Below are positions 52,051-64,000 of a stretch of DNA of 64,000 nt, piece after piece. The notes beneath the pieces are model-generated. The model did no database searches. It was not told where the DNA came from and saw only the letters and a list, made by a program, of their open reading frames with translations. Origin of the DNA: Spironucleus salmonicida. Taxonomy: Eukaryota. Where the stretch lies: assembly GCF_000497125.1 (NCBI RefSeq), contig NC_090603.1, positions 744,001-808,000 on the forward strand, given 5' to 3'. Position numbers and translations under genes: made by a program. Numbering within the stretch: position 1 is the stretch's first letter; every line of letters starts with the position of its first letter.

Positions 52051-55000
52051 TCACTTCAATGTATTTTATAGAAATTCATGATAAGTTGTAAATGCCATCA
52101 TAACCGCCATCCTAAAATCAGCATTGTCATATGCTATGAATTCTATTAGTAATGTATGAATATAAATCATTTTTTAAGTCTCAGCTGAAAAATCTTTTAT
52201 AAAATTAGATATGATTTTCATTAATAAGGTTACAACTTCTATATACTCTGGACTTGTGTTAAGGTTTCTAAAAAGTAGTAAGAAATCACAAATTACTTTA
52301 AATAATGAAAATTTTAAATCTGTATTAAATGTTAATGTTTCTTCTACAACGATAATCATTTATACGACATGGTTGCATAGTTAAATGGCATATTCTATAT
52401 TGATTGAATCGAGTTTTGTTGATTTAATTTAGGTTATTAATTATAAAAACATATTTATTATTTATTTAGTAAATTATGTTAAACATTAAGATTTTGATTG
52501 ATTTTCTACTTAAGAATAAATTTTTAAGAAAGATTAAAAAATTTCGACTAAATACAATTGCTTAAGGCTTTATTTAGTTGAAAATAAATCTTCAAGGTCT
52601 TCTTAATCATCATTATGTTGATTTTAATCAGAAATAATATTATTTATTATTTACTCTGAACAATTTAATAATTCGTCCACAAAAATACTATCTGTTTAGT
52701 TATGCAATAACAATGTACTATTAAGAGTAATTACTATTAAATTCTATAGTTTTAGTTATTGTGGATATTTTTGTAAGAATAAACTAGGAAATATATTAAT
52801 TAATTCTTTAGTAAGCCAACAATAACTTCTAGATTAGGCATTTTCTTTTAAATAAAGAACCAATTTACTAATAAGTGATTCATAAAAATCATATTATTTA
52901 ACTTATTTTTATTATAATATAACGGGTTGAATAGCTTATTCAAAAATTTACTTTAAATATACACCTTCTTAATTTTAATCTAAACATAAATTTAATATAA
53001 GGAAAATACTATTGGAAAATAAATTTAAATAACAATCAAGATTGAAATTAGATTTATTCTGAATGAAATCAATTAGTATATCATTAGAAAATTTGGTTAG
53101 TGCAAATATAAATTATTCTTTATTCAATTAAAATAGTTAATTTATTCCTTTTTCAAATTATTAAATTAATGAACTTTCAAACTTTAGTGAATAGAATTTC
53201 TAAAGCATTTCAATAATCTATAAAACCTATAAATTCAATTATATTGAATCTTCGATTTTCGAAGTTAAGAAATCTAAAATAAAAATAACCAACTAGTCAA
53301 ACTCTTCAGAAGACTCAAATTAAAATCCTTCTTTACTTTAAATAGATTAGTTTAACAGGGTATTGTTACATATGCTATGACAGCAAAAATCACAACTAAT
53401 AACGTTATCATAGTTTACTTTCTAAATTTATAATTTTAATAAAGCTGAATGACATAACGATAAAATAACATTAAAATCAGCAAATTTTGTATTTGTGGAT
53501 AAGAAGTGAATAATGAATTTAGCTATTTCGATTCTATTACATGCTTAGTTTGACGCAAGTATAATATGAGATAAATAACAAATAACTTAATCAATTAATT
53601 TATTATTATTTTACATAAATTACTACTAACAAATAAGACTAGATAATAAAATAAAATTACTATTAATCTACTAGTAACTAATTGCTGAAGTAGAAAATTA
53701 AGAAATATTAATTATTTGCAGAAGATATTATGAGATAACGTGCAAATAAATTTAAAATATATACTAATCCTAACCTTAAAGTTATATAATTGAATATTTT
53801 TCTAAATTTCTCTGATGTAGTACTTTATTTTTCATCCTAACATATTATTCAATAGTATTTGATTTAAAATATAAAAATTCTTTTGAATCTTATAATAGTG
53901 ATTCAAATTATAAATAAATAAGCCTCATTGCATTAAAGTTTGAAAGTTTAAACTTATACTATTTATTGACCATTTTTTCTATAACTACTTAATCATATGC
54001 AAAAATCTGCTAAATTAATAATAAGGATTAAATTGCCTTATGATTATCTATAATAAATAAAAATTCTAAATTTATTATTGAAATACCTGGAAACAAGTCT
54101 TATATATCTACAATTAATTTTTAAAATTAAAATATAAAACTGGATATAATTGGATAAGCTTATATAAATTGCTTTAAATAGCTTGCAGACTGACTTAATT
54201 AATATAAATTTTAATTTGTTGTTGATTTTCCAGATGAAACTAAATAAAGATTATATAATTAGCAAGCCACAAACATAGCTACTATATAACTATCATAGCT
54301 AGAATAAAATAAATCACAATCCTATTAGCTAAATAGAATATATGCAAGTACTATTTTATCTGAAATAAATTGCTAATTAAGTTTAAATGTTTCAATTTAA
54401 TCGAAGTCTTATTATAAATTAGGCAATAGATTATTCAATTTTAGATAATAATCCAATGATGGAAATATACCATGAAATATAATCATAAACTATGACGACA
54501 GCAAAGTAATAATACTAGATTTATAATACTGAAAGTCTTATTATACTATTGACAATCTGTATAAATGAAAAACTACTTCATTATTTAAATAAAACTCATG
54601 TTAATATACAGTTTTCTTTAAATACTCAACAATAGCCAGATAAATCATGTTATAATGATATTCAAGTATTGAAAATGAGAATGATTATACTGAAAACTTT
54701 TCAGATAAATTTTAAATATTGATATTTCTTGATTATGTTGGATTAATAGATAAATCTGTTGAACTGGGTTACTATGATGATAGATCTAGCTCATTATCAC
54801 CAGATTCATATATAAAGAATTGAAGCTCTTCTTTAATAAAAATTTATTTTAACAGTGACTTATTAATTTTTTATAAATTATATTCATAATATCCATCTTC
54901 CCCTTTAGCTAGGGTAAGTTTTGATAATTCTATCTCTTATAAAGTTATAGGATATTTTTATATCTCTTTATATAAAGTCATAAGAAATTTCTAACTAAGT

Positions 55001-56955
55001 TTATTGTCGGCGTTGTGTGTGTTCTATATAAATTAGTTTATACTCATTTTATTTTTAACTGATATGTTATGTATATCAGTATTGAGCATAAGCGTAGCAT
55101 ACGCTAAAAGATAAATAGTATCTTTTGTCAATTCAGATGAACGATCAGAAAACTATTAAGAAAAGAATTACAATATTCTATCAATTTATTAAGATTCTCC
55201 AGGAAGTTTGAAGTAATTTAAAAATGTTCTAAGTGCTACTATGAATGTTTGGGATTGTGTATAATCAACATCACCTAGTAATTTAAAAATTTAAACGCTG
55301 TATTCTTGTAACAAAGTTGCACTTATTTCTTTATTTTCACCGAATAATATACCAATATTTTTCTTATTAAGTATGTCATTGTTTTCAATTAAAAAGCTGA
55401 TTATACTGTTAGAGGTAGATTACATAAGATTATATTTAATAAATATATTAATGTCTTTTAAAGGTTGTTAACTATTATTAAAGAATTCAACACATTCTCT
55501 GAATTAAAAATATTTATGTGGTTGAGCATAAGTGATGAGTTTATTCTCAAAACATCTAAAAAATTTGACAAAAGCTAAAATCGTGAGCTCTTAAAGATTC
55601 TTTATTTATATATCTTTTCTTTCCTCTTAACAGTTGGACTATCTACTAAAATTTAATTCTAGCGATTTTAATGAATAGACTTTAAATTATGGAACTGTAA
55701 ACTTAATAGAATATTATTTATCTTACAAAATAAAGCATAATGTTTTAATAGTTGACATAAAAAATTCAATTCCATTGAAATCTAATAAATTGATATAAAC
55801 ATCAATTAATTTTAGTTATGTGCTACTAAAGAATAACTTAATAATGAACTTCAAAGCTTCCAATCTAAATTCTGCTTTTAATGAATTTTTAAGGACATAA
55901 AGAACAAATGTGTCGTAAATAATGAAAAATTCGTACCGCAGTTATTTATATTAAATAACTTATAAATTTATAGATTTTAGTAACATAAGACCTTACTTAT
56001 AAGAATCTATGCTATTGGCATAAAGAGAAAACAATAATATTTTACCAATAAGTAATAAGAGAAATATATAGATTTTTACTCTATGGATAGATTAATCTGA
56101 TGCTTTAATATAGTATTATATTTATTTAGACAAAATATCAATAAGCTATAATCCAAATGATATTTTTGTTTAAAAATACTATAATGTAACTCCAATTGCT
56201 TCAACAATTGCACTTTCTATGTTTGAATCATATGTTGTTTATACCTTACAATAATAATGATAGTTCATTATTATTTCAAAACTTGAAAATATAATACTTT
56301 AAAGATTTTATTCATTAATAATTTCCGTTGGAATTACTTTAGTAATTTTAGCTGTTCCATATTCTTTATATTCAATTTAACAAATTTTTGATAGTTTTAA
56401 TAAGTGATTATTGAAGTCTTTCTTAAAATACGTAGTACTTTAAAAATCAGAAATGAAATAAACAACACTGTCTTTATTTTCATATAAATGCGAGAAAAGC
56501 TTAATTAAATTATTTTTAATTATTTTATAACCTAAAATAATATCCAAACTAAAATTAACAGCAAAGCAACAAAGGCAAATATATAAAATTACTTTAACAT
56601 AGACTAATGAGTTGTGCTGAATAAATTAGTTTGTAAAATTCTGGAAATACTCTAAATATTTAATAATAGAATTTTCTTCGCATTATTTAAACATATTTTG
56701 AGATACTATTTGAATAACTATCATATAACTATGTTCATAAATTTTAAGCCCTTAGTCTTATTAATGATCAAATATTCCTTTAATAAAATTAAATAAATCT
56801 TCAACAAATATATGGTTTTAATCATCAAAAGGTAAGTCTGGCGATGCAATAGTAAATTTTAATAATTTTTCACAGCTTATTCTCATTTCTATTTATTTCT
56901 TAGGGATTCGTTTACAAATTGATTCAAGATTACTTGTAATCATCTATAAATCCAT
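52051..56955 (-). CDS. Large Sec7-domain ARF guanine-nucleotide exchange factor (BIG/GBF-like)
   Basis: ALRTFLNYFKLPGESQQIDRIL and LLAYATLMLNTDIHN in the same frame as the start and stop; 1634 aa (not every codon checked). Confidence 0.85.
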
Positions 56956-57263
56956 TTAACCTTATATTATATTAAAGCATAATATCATATATTATTTTAT
57001 TTTTGAAACCTCTACTACTTATATTTCAATATATATAAGTACACTTTTTGACTAATTATTTAAATATATCACATAGAAATTTTCTCATTATTGTCATATT
57101 TTAATTATTTAACTTTATCCAATACTGTATGTTCGTTTTTTCTACAAATTAGGATACATTTTTGACAATTTATCTCATTTTATTTTTATTCCTTTTTAAT
57201 TTTGTTTCATTATATAGTTTATTATTATATAAGATAATATAGTTTTAACTATTTCAAATTTTA

Positions 57264-59678
57264 ATGGCGGAAAACCCAGAACTCCCAAATGCAGCCCCAC
57301 CACTAGTTAACATAGATGCAGACGACTCAAACCCGTTCCTACTAGCTCCTGACCACTACCTGCTACTACCACTACAACAAAAGCTTAACCAGCAGCTAAC
57401 AGACCAAAATAACAAAGCCCACGAGTCGCTGCGCCAGCTTTTGAAACTGGAGCAGCAGCTATAGTTGCGCTAGGAGGATGCCGGTGTCATGCTGCATACG
57501 TTCCAGTCGCAACTTGCTCAAGCGCAGTCTAAAATTGACGAATTAGAGCAGAATTACGCCCAGCTCTCTGCTGCGCGAATTTCAATCTAGCAGACGCAGT
57601 AAACGACCTCTGAAACGCTTAAACTGCACGAAAACAACTATTAGGCCCTAAAAGTTGCTGAGGAAGAGCTGAGACAGCAGAACCAGCGGATTTCGCAGGA
57701 GGCGATCGAGCAAATGCAGAACAACACTGAAATGAAGTCAGACGCCATTGTGCGAAAGCGGTCCGTTTACAGGGCCGAGGAGCAGATTAAAAACCTCGAA
57801 AAACAGAAATAGCAGCAGGAGGAGTTTATTCAACTGAATCAGGATTAACTTAAGACATTTTAGGATCAGGAGACGTATTTGACTCGTTAATTGGATATTT
57901 AGCAGCAGGAGACGATTCAGGCGAATTCGATCTTGAATGAGGCCCAAAAGCAGATGAATATGATCAAATCGGACATCGACTAGCTTCAAATCAACTGGCA
58001 GCTGACGTTAAATCAAATTGAGAAAAATTCGACAATTTTGAAAAACGACTTAGAAAAAGAGCTCGCGGAATACGATTCTACTAAGATTTCGATGCAGCAC
58101 TCGATTGTTTCAGCGCGAAATGAAATTCAGAAATTAATAGAAAAAATCAGCAAAATCAGCGAAAGTATTCGAACGAAACAACAAATTCAAATCGGATTAT
58201 CTGAAAAATGTGAAAATTTGCAGAGTGTTGAAATAAATTAATTATTACAATAATTATAGGCATTAAAAGCTGCAAATGATGCTGCAAATGCAAGGCTAGC
58301 AAATGTGTATAAAGAGATTTAATAAGTAAATAAGGAAACCGATTAAATTAGTAAGGAAAATGACAATCAAAACAAAATATTGAATAGCAACGAAGATGCG
58401 ATTTTAATTAATAATGCACAATAGGCAGCTGATTCTAGACAACTTGCTGGCTTAATGCAAGAATTAAGAAGTTTGAAATAAGCTATTAAAGAGTGTTAGA
58501 GAGATATTGCTAAAACAGAAAATGAGGTCAGTAAGCGTAATTTGGATATTGTTGTAAGTGAGTAATGTGTAGACTCGCTAGAAAATGCACTAGAAGCATT
58601 AAAAGCAGAGTTGATTGATAAAGACAAATTAATTTCAAGCTATGAGACGTAAATTAAAAAGAATGCTAATGCTATTGAGTAGCGGAGTTCTGCAATCACT
58701 AGGTTAAACAAAAAATTAGAAGAATATAGCAGAGCACATCCTGAAAGTGATAATGGCCCTCTTTAGGCTATGTTGAATAATATTGGAAAAGAACTTAATA
58801 CTGCAGGAAAATTAATGAAAGATACATAATCAACGTGGTTGAGAGCATAAACTGATCTTGTGACTCTTTCTAGTAACTATAGAAAAGAACTAGAAGAAAT
58901 AGAGGAAAAAGAAGCCCAAAGAGATCTTTTAGATAGAAAACTAAAAGATTTAGAGTATGAAAAACAATCAAATGTTTTAAAAATCAATGCTATTAATAGG
59001 GATATTGAATTTTTGCATAAAGATATCTCAAATATGAATTCAAAAATAGCTGAATATGGCAAGAAAATGGTAAAACAAAATGAGAATAACTATGATTCAG
59101 AAACTACTTGTATAGAGAAAATTGATCATATCGCTGACGAAGTCATAACTTTTTAAAAGAATTTAGATCTAGCTAAAGAGGAAAAAGCGGATTGCTCAGC
59201 CTAATTAATTGAAGTAGAAGAGTAAATTATGCTTTGGTAAAGAAAAATCAATATTTAATATTAGCTTATGAAAAGTGTAATGGACAATTGTAACAGTAAT
59301 TCTGGAGGCGAGATTTCTGTCCTGGAAGGAGAGATTCATAGTTTATAAAATGATATATAATTATTAACGAAAGAATAGAAGAACTTGGTGAATTAATTAC
59401 AACGTGGAATTGATATTAGAGAAACTATTACAATCTCGAGTTAGACTAAAATGAAACTTGATACACTCAATAAGAGTGGAGCTAATAGCAAATCTGGTGC
59501 AAGCGTGGCGAGGGAAATCGAAACAATAAATTATAAATTAAATGAAAAGAGGGCTGAATTGGATAGAGTTAGAGGAGAACTTTAAGAAGCGGTGAGAAGA
59601 AAATAAGGTCTATAAGCTAGTAATGTTGAGTTTAATGGAATGATCGAGTAGATGAGAGGATAAGGTGAAGCAATGTGA
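57264..59678 (+). CDS. CCDC40: CCDC40-like axonemal coiled-coil protein
   Basis: LAPDHYLLLPLQQKLNQQL...QEDAGVMLHTFQSQLA; long coiled coil; 804 aa. Confidence 0.75.
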
Positions 59679-59859
59679 TGGCTTTAAAGTTTATATTTAT
59701 AATAGCATTAACTAGGTAGATAATAATAAGTTCAACATATTTTAACAATATGAGATTGAGTCGTAAATTTAATAGATTATACTTTATCTCAAGAAGTTTG
59801 AAATTCAGATGTAAAAAGTATATTTTAAATCTAAGAATAATTAAATTATATAGGAATAC

Positions 59860-60522
59860 TCACTTCATGATCACATGCTAATTATAGAAAGCATTTGTTT
59901 TTATTATATGTTTTCGTTTATCCTTTAGCTTATCATTGAAAAAGTCAATGGAGGTTTGATAGGTGATAAAATCTGTATTTACCAAAATACTTTTCCCCTT
60001 GGATAATTAGTTTTTGTAGTAGAATTAATTCAAATTTGATTCATCGATTTTATGATTTTTGCGTTTAAATTCAATAAAAAATTCTTATAAACTTTATATA
60101 AACTACTAAGTTATTCTTGCCTTTTAAACCATTACCATCAGATCAGAAAATTACTCGTTTTTGTTTTCAGGTTCAATTGGTAGAAGAAGATTTAGAATAG
60201 CAGCGACAAGCTCTAGAGCAGCTCGTTATTTTTCAATTTATGCCTCTATAAATATTTTATTTGCTTCTAATTCTAAATATTTGGTTTACTTTCTAGTTAA
60301 CTATGGGTTACTTTCAATAACCTGAAATGTCTATTTAAGATTAGAAATTTATTTTAACGGACTTTGAACCTTCATATTTAGATTTTCAATTTATTTACTA
60401 AGAGAAGAACTTCTCATAAATTTATTTTTATTTTTAATCTAGTAAGAGTTGTTGATTACTCTTAAAATAGGAGAAAATGTTCTGTTATTGTTTAAACGCA
60501 GGGATTCTTTAAGCTCGGTCAT
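59860..60522 (-). CDS. Hypothetical protein (220 aa)
   Basis: Code-6 ORF ending AAG-TGA. Confidence 0.6.
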
Positions 60523-60689
60523 TTAATTTAATACATCATATTATGTTATATTTATTATATTATTGTTTATTCAAAATTTAATTTATTAATTATTAATGTT
60601 TATAAATCTTTATTAATTTGTCTTCTTAGATTATAAACTGTCAATAACATTATTTATTATAAAGTATAATCAAATATCTTGAGTTAAAA

Positions 60690-61370
60690 ATGAAGAACTC
60701 TTTTACTGATACAGGAACTATTTTTAATAAAAAACAATCAATCTCACCTGGTCCAGCTGCATATAATATATCTTTAGCTGCATCATTCTTGAAAAAGGCG
60801 CATCCATCTTTTTCAATTTATAAAAAACCTCATGAAAAGCGTATTGATAAAGCACCATCCCCAGCTTCATATTCCATACCTTCTTCATATAATCAAAGTC
60901 ATGGATTATCTATTTAAAACCGTGGAAATTCTTATTTAGATACCATTCAATAGTAATCTAATCCAGAAATGTCTCCAGGAACATATACTCCAAAATCTTC
61001 GACCTTAGTATCTTATGATACTAAGATTAAAAATCGTTATAAAGAACTGATATAATAGAGCCCTGGCCCCAATGCATATAATTTAAGCTCGGCGCCTGCA
61101 ATTTAAGAGATTAAAATGAAATTTTCATCAAAAGACGTTTTTGCACCTTCAAAAGCTTAAATGGAAGCCCCCGCACCCAATAAGTATTATGTTAATACTA
61201 AATTTACTGCTAAATAAACTGGCGACATAACATTTTCCAAAGGCTCAGATACAGAAAAAATAGACTAGAAGCCATCTCCTAGCCAATATCACCCTAACTT
61301 CAATTATAGTAAGAAAGATGCACCTAGCTTTACGTTCGGAAGTCGCAGAAGCTGTGGAGAGACTTTGTGA
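60690..61370 (+). CDS. SHIPPO-repeat (PGP-Y) flagellar protein
   Basis: Repeated SPGPAAY, PSPASY, SPGTY, SPGPNAY, PAPNKY, PSPSQY. Confidence 0.85.
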
Positions 61371-61637
61371 TAAAATTTGTTGATATATATTTATTTTAAA
61401 CTTACAACTAAAATGAGAATAAGTATCATGTTACCGGTAATTAGAATTGAATATTAAGAAGAAAAAATATGGTTATTATGTTTTTAAGTATTTATTTTAA
61501 ATTTTATTAAATCAAAATATAGGTCATATAAATTTTACCATTTAGACTGGTTTGAAATAAATTTAGAATATACAGAGAAATTAAAAGTTAAGTATTTGCT
61601 TCACTGTATCATTAAATATATCCATATATTACGACAT

Positions 61638-62093
61638 TCATTCGACATAATTAATGTGTAACTCTTACCTAAGTTATTGAATTTTCTTTTCTAATAGTTA
61701 TTGTTTTGATAAGCATTTAGTTTAATACTAAATTTGAGAAGATTTATTACTTACAATATACTATTTACATTACACAGATGAACTGCTTAGTTAAGAAGCT
61801 TATAGTTATTGATATTAAATTTATTTTTGATTAGATATCTATTCTACATTTAAATTTAAATTATTAACCTTATTTAAAAATTAACTGTAACTAATTGGTT
61901 CTTTTCTTTGTGTCTATTTTCTAGTTTGCTTGAACGGTTCTATAAACGAACTTCTTTTAATCTTTTTACTCAGACAATAATATTCTGGTTCATCATGTAT
62001 TATTTACCTTCGTGTTACTATTGCTTATTGTTAAAGACTATCTAAATCTACAGCATTAAAAATATTAGGTGGTTTATAGCGCAATTATCTCAT
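61638..62093 (-). CDS. Hypothetical Gln/Lys-rich protein
   Basis: 151-aa code-6 ORF with an AT-rich upstream region. Confidence 0.45.
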
Positions 62094-62143
62094 TTAAAAA
62101 ATTATACATATACAATATATAATAAATATAGTTACCCATGAGC

Positions 62144-63613
62144 TCACTAAGTGAATTTTTCAAGTAAATCTTTTACGATATCGAATATGGGACCGACAGT
62201 GCTAATTTCGCAGTGTTCAGTAGGGCTATGAGGAGATATGATAGTAGGGCCGATAGAAATAGCATCCATACCTGGGTGAAGAGCACATATCATTCCTGCT
62301 TCTAAACCAGCATGAATAGCAGAAATTTTCACATCTTTAGCATGCTTAGCATAGACTTCTTAACAAATCTTAAGAAGGGGAGAATCTGGGTTAGCAGGCC
62401 ATCCAGGATAAGCACTTTCCATTCCAGTTATGTTCCATTTTACAAGTTAACATATACTTTTCAAACTCATATAAATGTGGTCTAATTCTTCAGAATAACA
62501 GCTCCTTCCACTACCCAAAAAGTCAACAGTACCATCTTCACAAGTTTTAACGATGGTAGTAGCAAAACTAGATTCTACAAAGTCTTTAACAGCTTAGGAT
62601 ATTCTTTAAGGACCATGAGGAAGAGTTAATATTATATTTAATATTTCTTATGTGTCTTCACTATTGAAACATTATTTTTCTTCAACAAATTTAGATGAAA
62701 TAGTAGCCTTCTTTTCTTCTACATACTACTTAGTAATTTTATCAAAAATAGATTATAATGGGCAAGATTCTTTACAGTCACAGTTGGATATTGCAATTCT
62801 AGCTTTACAAAAAGCAGGAATAGCATTATGAGTAGTACCTCCATTAATAGAGATAATTCTAGCGTCATAGCTAGCTGGAAGCAACTTAATGAGTTTTGCC
62901 ATTTGCTTAATTGCATTAGCTCTAAATAAGTGGATTTCGCATCCAGAGTGTCCACCAGAATATCCATCGATAGAGATTTCAATAACCTTTCTATCAGCTA
63001 CTTCAATCTTCTTGAATGTCTTACTGATATTAACACGGAATCCACCGGCACATGAGATACATATATCACCGAATTCTTCAGTATCCATATTAAGGAGATA
63101 CTTTGATTTCAAGCAAGGTGCAAGTTTAGATGCTCCAATAAGGCCAATCTCTTCATCAGAAGTGCATAGAATTTCAATAGGACCGTGCTAATAAGTTGAA
63201 TCAATGGCAAGAGCTAGAGCTGTAACTAACCCCATACCATTATCAGCGCCAAGAGTTGTATTTGTAGCATAAAGATATTCGCCTTCCTAACGTAGGACAA
63301 GAGGATCCTTAGAGAAATCGTGAACTTATTCAGGCTTCTTAACATCAACTTTATCAGTGTGATTTTATAAACAGATCCCTGGAACATTTTCATATCCTTT
63401 GGTGGCAGGAACTTTTATCAATACGTTAGAGGTCTCATCAACTGTATATTCGAGACAGTTTGTCTTAGCGAAATTAACCAACCAATTAGTGACTGGTTTT
63501 CTATTTCCAGAACCGTGAGGTACTTCGCAAAGTTCGAAGAATAATTCAAATATTTTTCTGTACTTGGCAGGCATCTTCTCAAGAAGGGCAGCATTGTTTG
63601 TGGTTAGGGCCAT
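62144..63613 (-). CDS. pepD: Aminoacyl-histidine dipeptidase (peptidase M20C)
   Basis: VPHGSGN, TTLGADNGMG, DEEIGLIGA, LNMDTEE, GGHSG, IHAGLEAG, SIGPTIISPHSPTE; ends TAG-TGA. Confidence 0.93.
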
Positions 63614-63808
63614 TTAATAGAAAGACTTAAATTGATTTAATGCAATTAGGATTAAACAGTATAATAATTAATTCTAATTAATTCACAAAAATGTATAGGT
63701 TTTCATAAATCACAATTATATTTAACTTTTATTATATTCTAATAATATAGATTTGAGTGTTTTGAATAAAATATAATTATTACAATTATTATATATTTAT
63801 AATATAGT

Positions 63809-64000
63809 ATGAAATCATTCTAAAAATCTATGTATGCTCCGCTTGTCAGATTTCTTGAATCATACGGGTATGACTAGCGTACTTAACTTTCCCCACTCTT
63901 ACTATTTAAAATACTTCAAACAACGATCCCTGATGACCTTCCATCCCCGATCCTTATACCCTCACTGACATAAAATCACCAAAATTAAGTTATTCTTCAA
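63809..64000 (+). CDS. 5' part of a hypothetical protein, runs off the window
   Basis: MKSFQKSMYAPLVRFLESYG..., open to the window end. Confidence 0.5.

Overview
Eukaryotic, gene-dense DNA with no evident introns, from a hexamitid diplomonad (most likely Spironucleus). It uses genetic code 6: TAA/TAG = Gln and TGA is the only stop. The supplied standard-code ORF track therefore fragments or misses most AT-rich genes and over-calls shadow ORFs in GC-rich parts. Re-read by hand in code 6, the window holds about 45 CDS and one tRNA-Val(CAC). Genes include proteasome alpha-2, Spg1/Tem1 GTPase, RtcB ligase, long-chain acyl-CoA synthetase, PTPA, USP, uridine phosphorylase, CRMP surface proteins, Snu13, Tul1-like RING E3, Ulp1 protease, HPS5/TECPR2-like, PsiE, NlpC/P60, Dna2-like nuclease, two cyclins, a frameshifted SMYD-type SET gene, a Sec7 GEF, CCDC13/CCDC40 and PepD. 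The main structural signal is two gene-bearing inverted duplications with similar AT-rich single-copy spacers. One is complete: arms 15770-23757 and 28253-37190 around a 4495-bp spacer. The other runs off the left edge: 1-313 vs 5107-5419 around a 4793-bp spacer. Arm ends cut through genes, and GC content rises at the breakpoints. In the complete palindrome TAR-Gln codons also largely give way to CAR, suggesting long-term arm-to-arm GC-biased gene conversion. Linked features are a Ulp1 gene with no stop after its catalytic domain, a truncated HPS5-like copy and a CRMP copy-number difference between arms. All translations and family calls are by eye; no database search was run.
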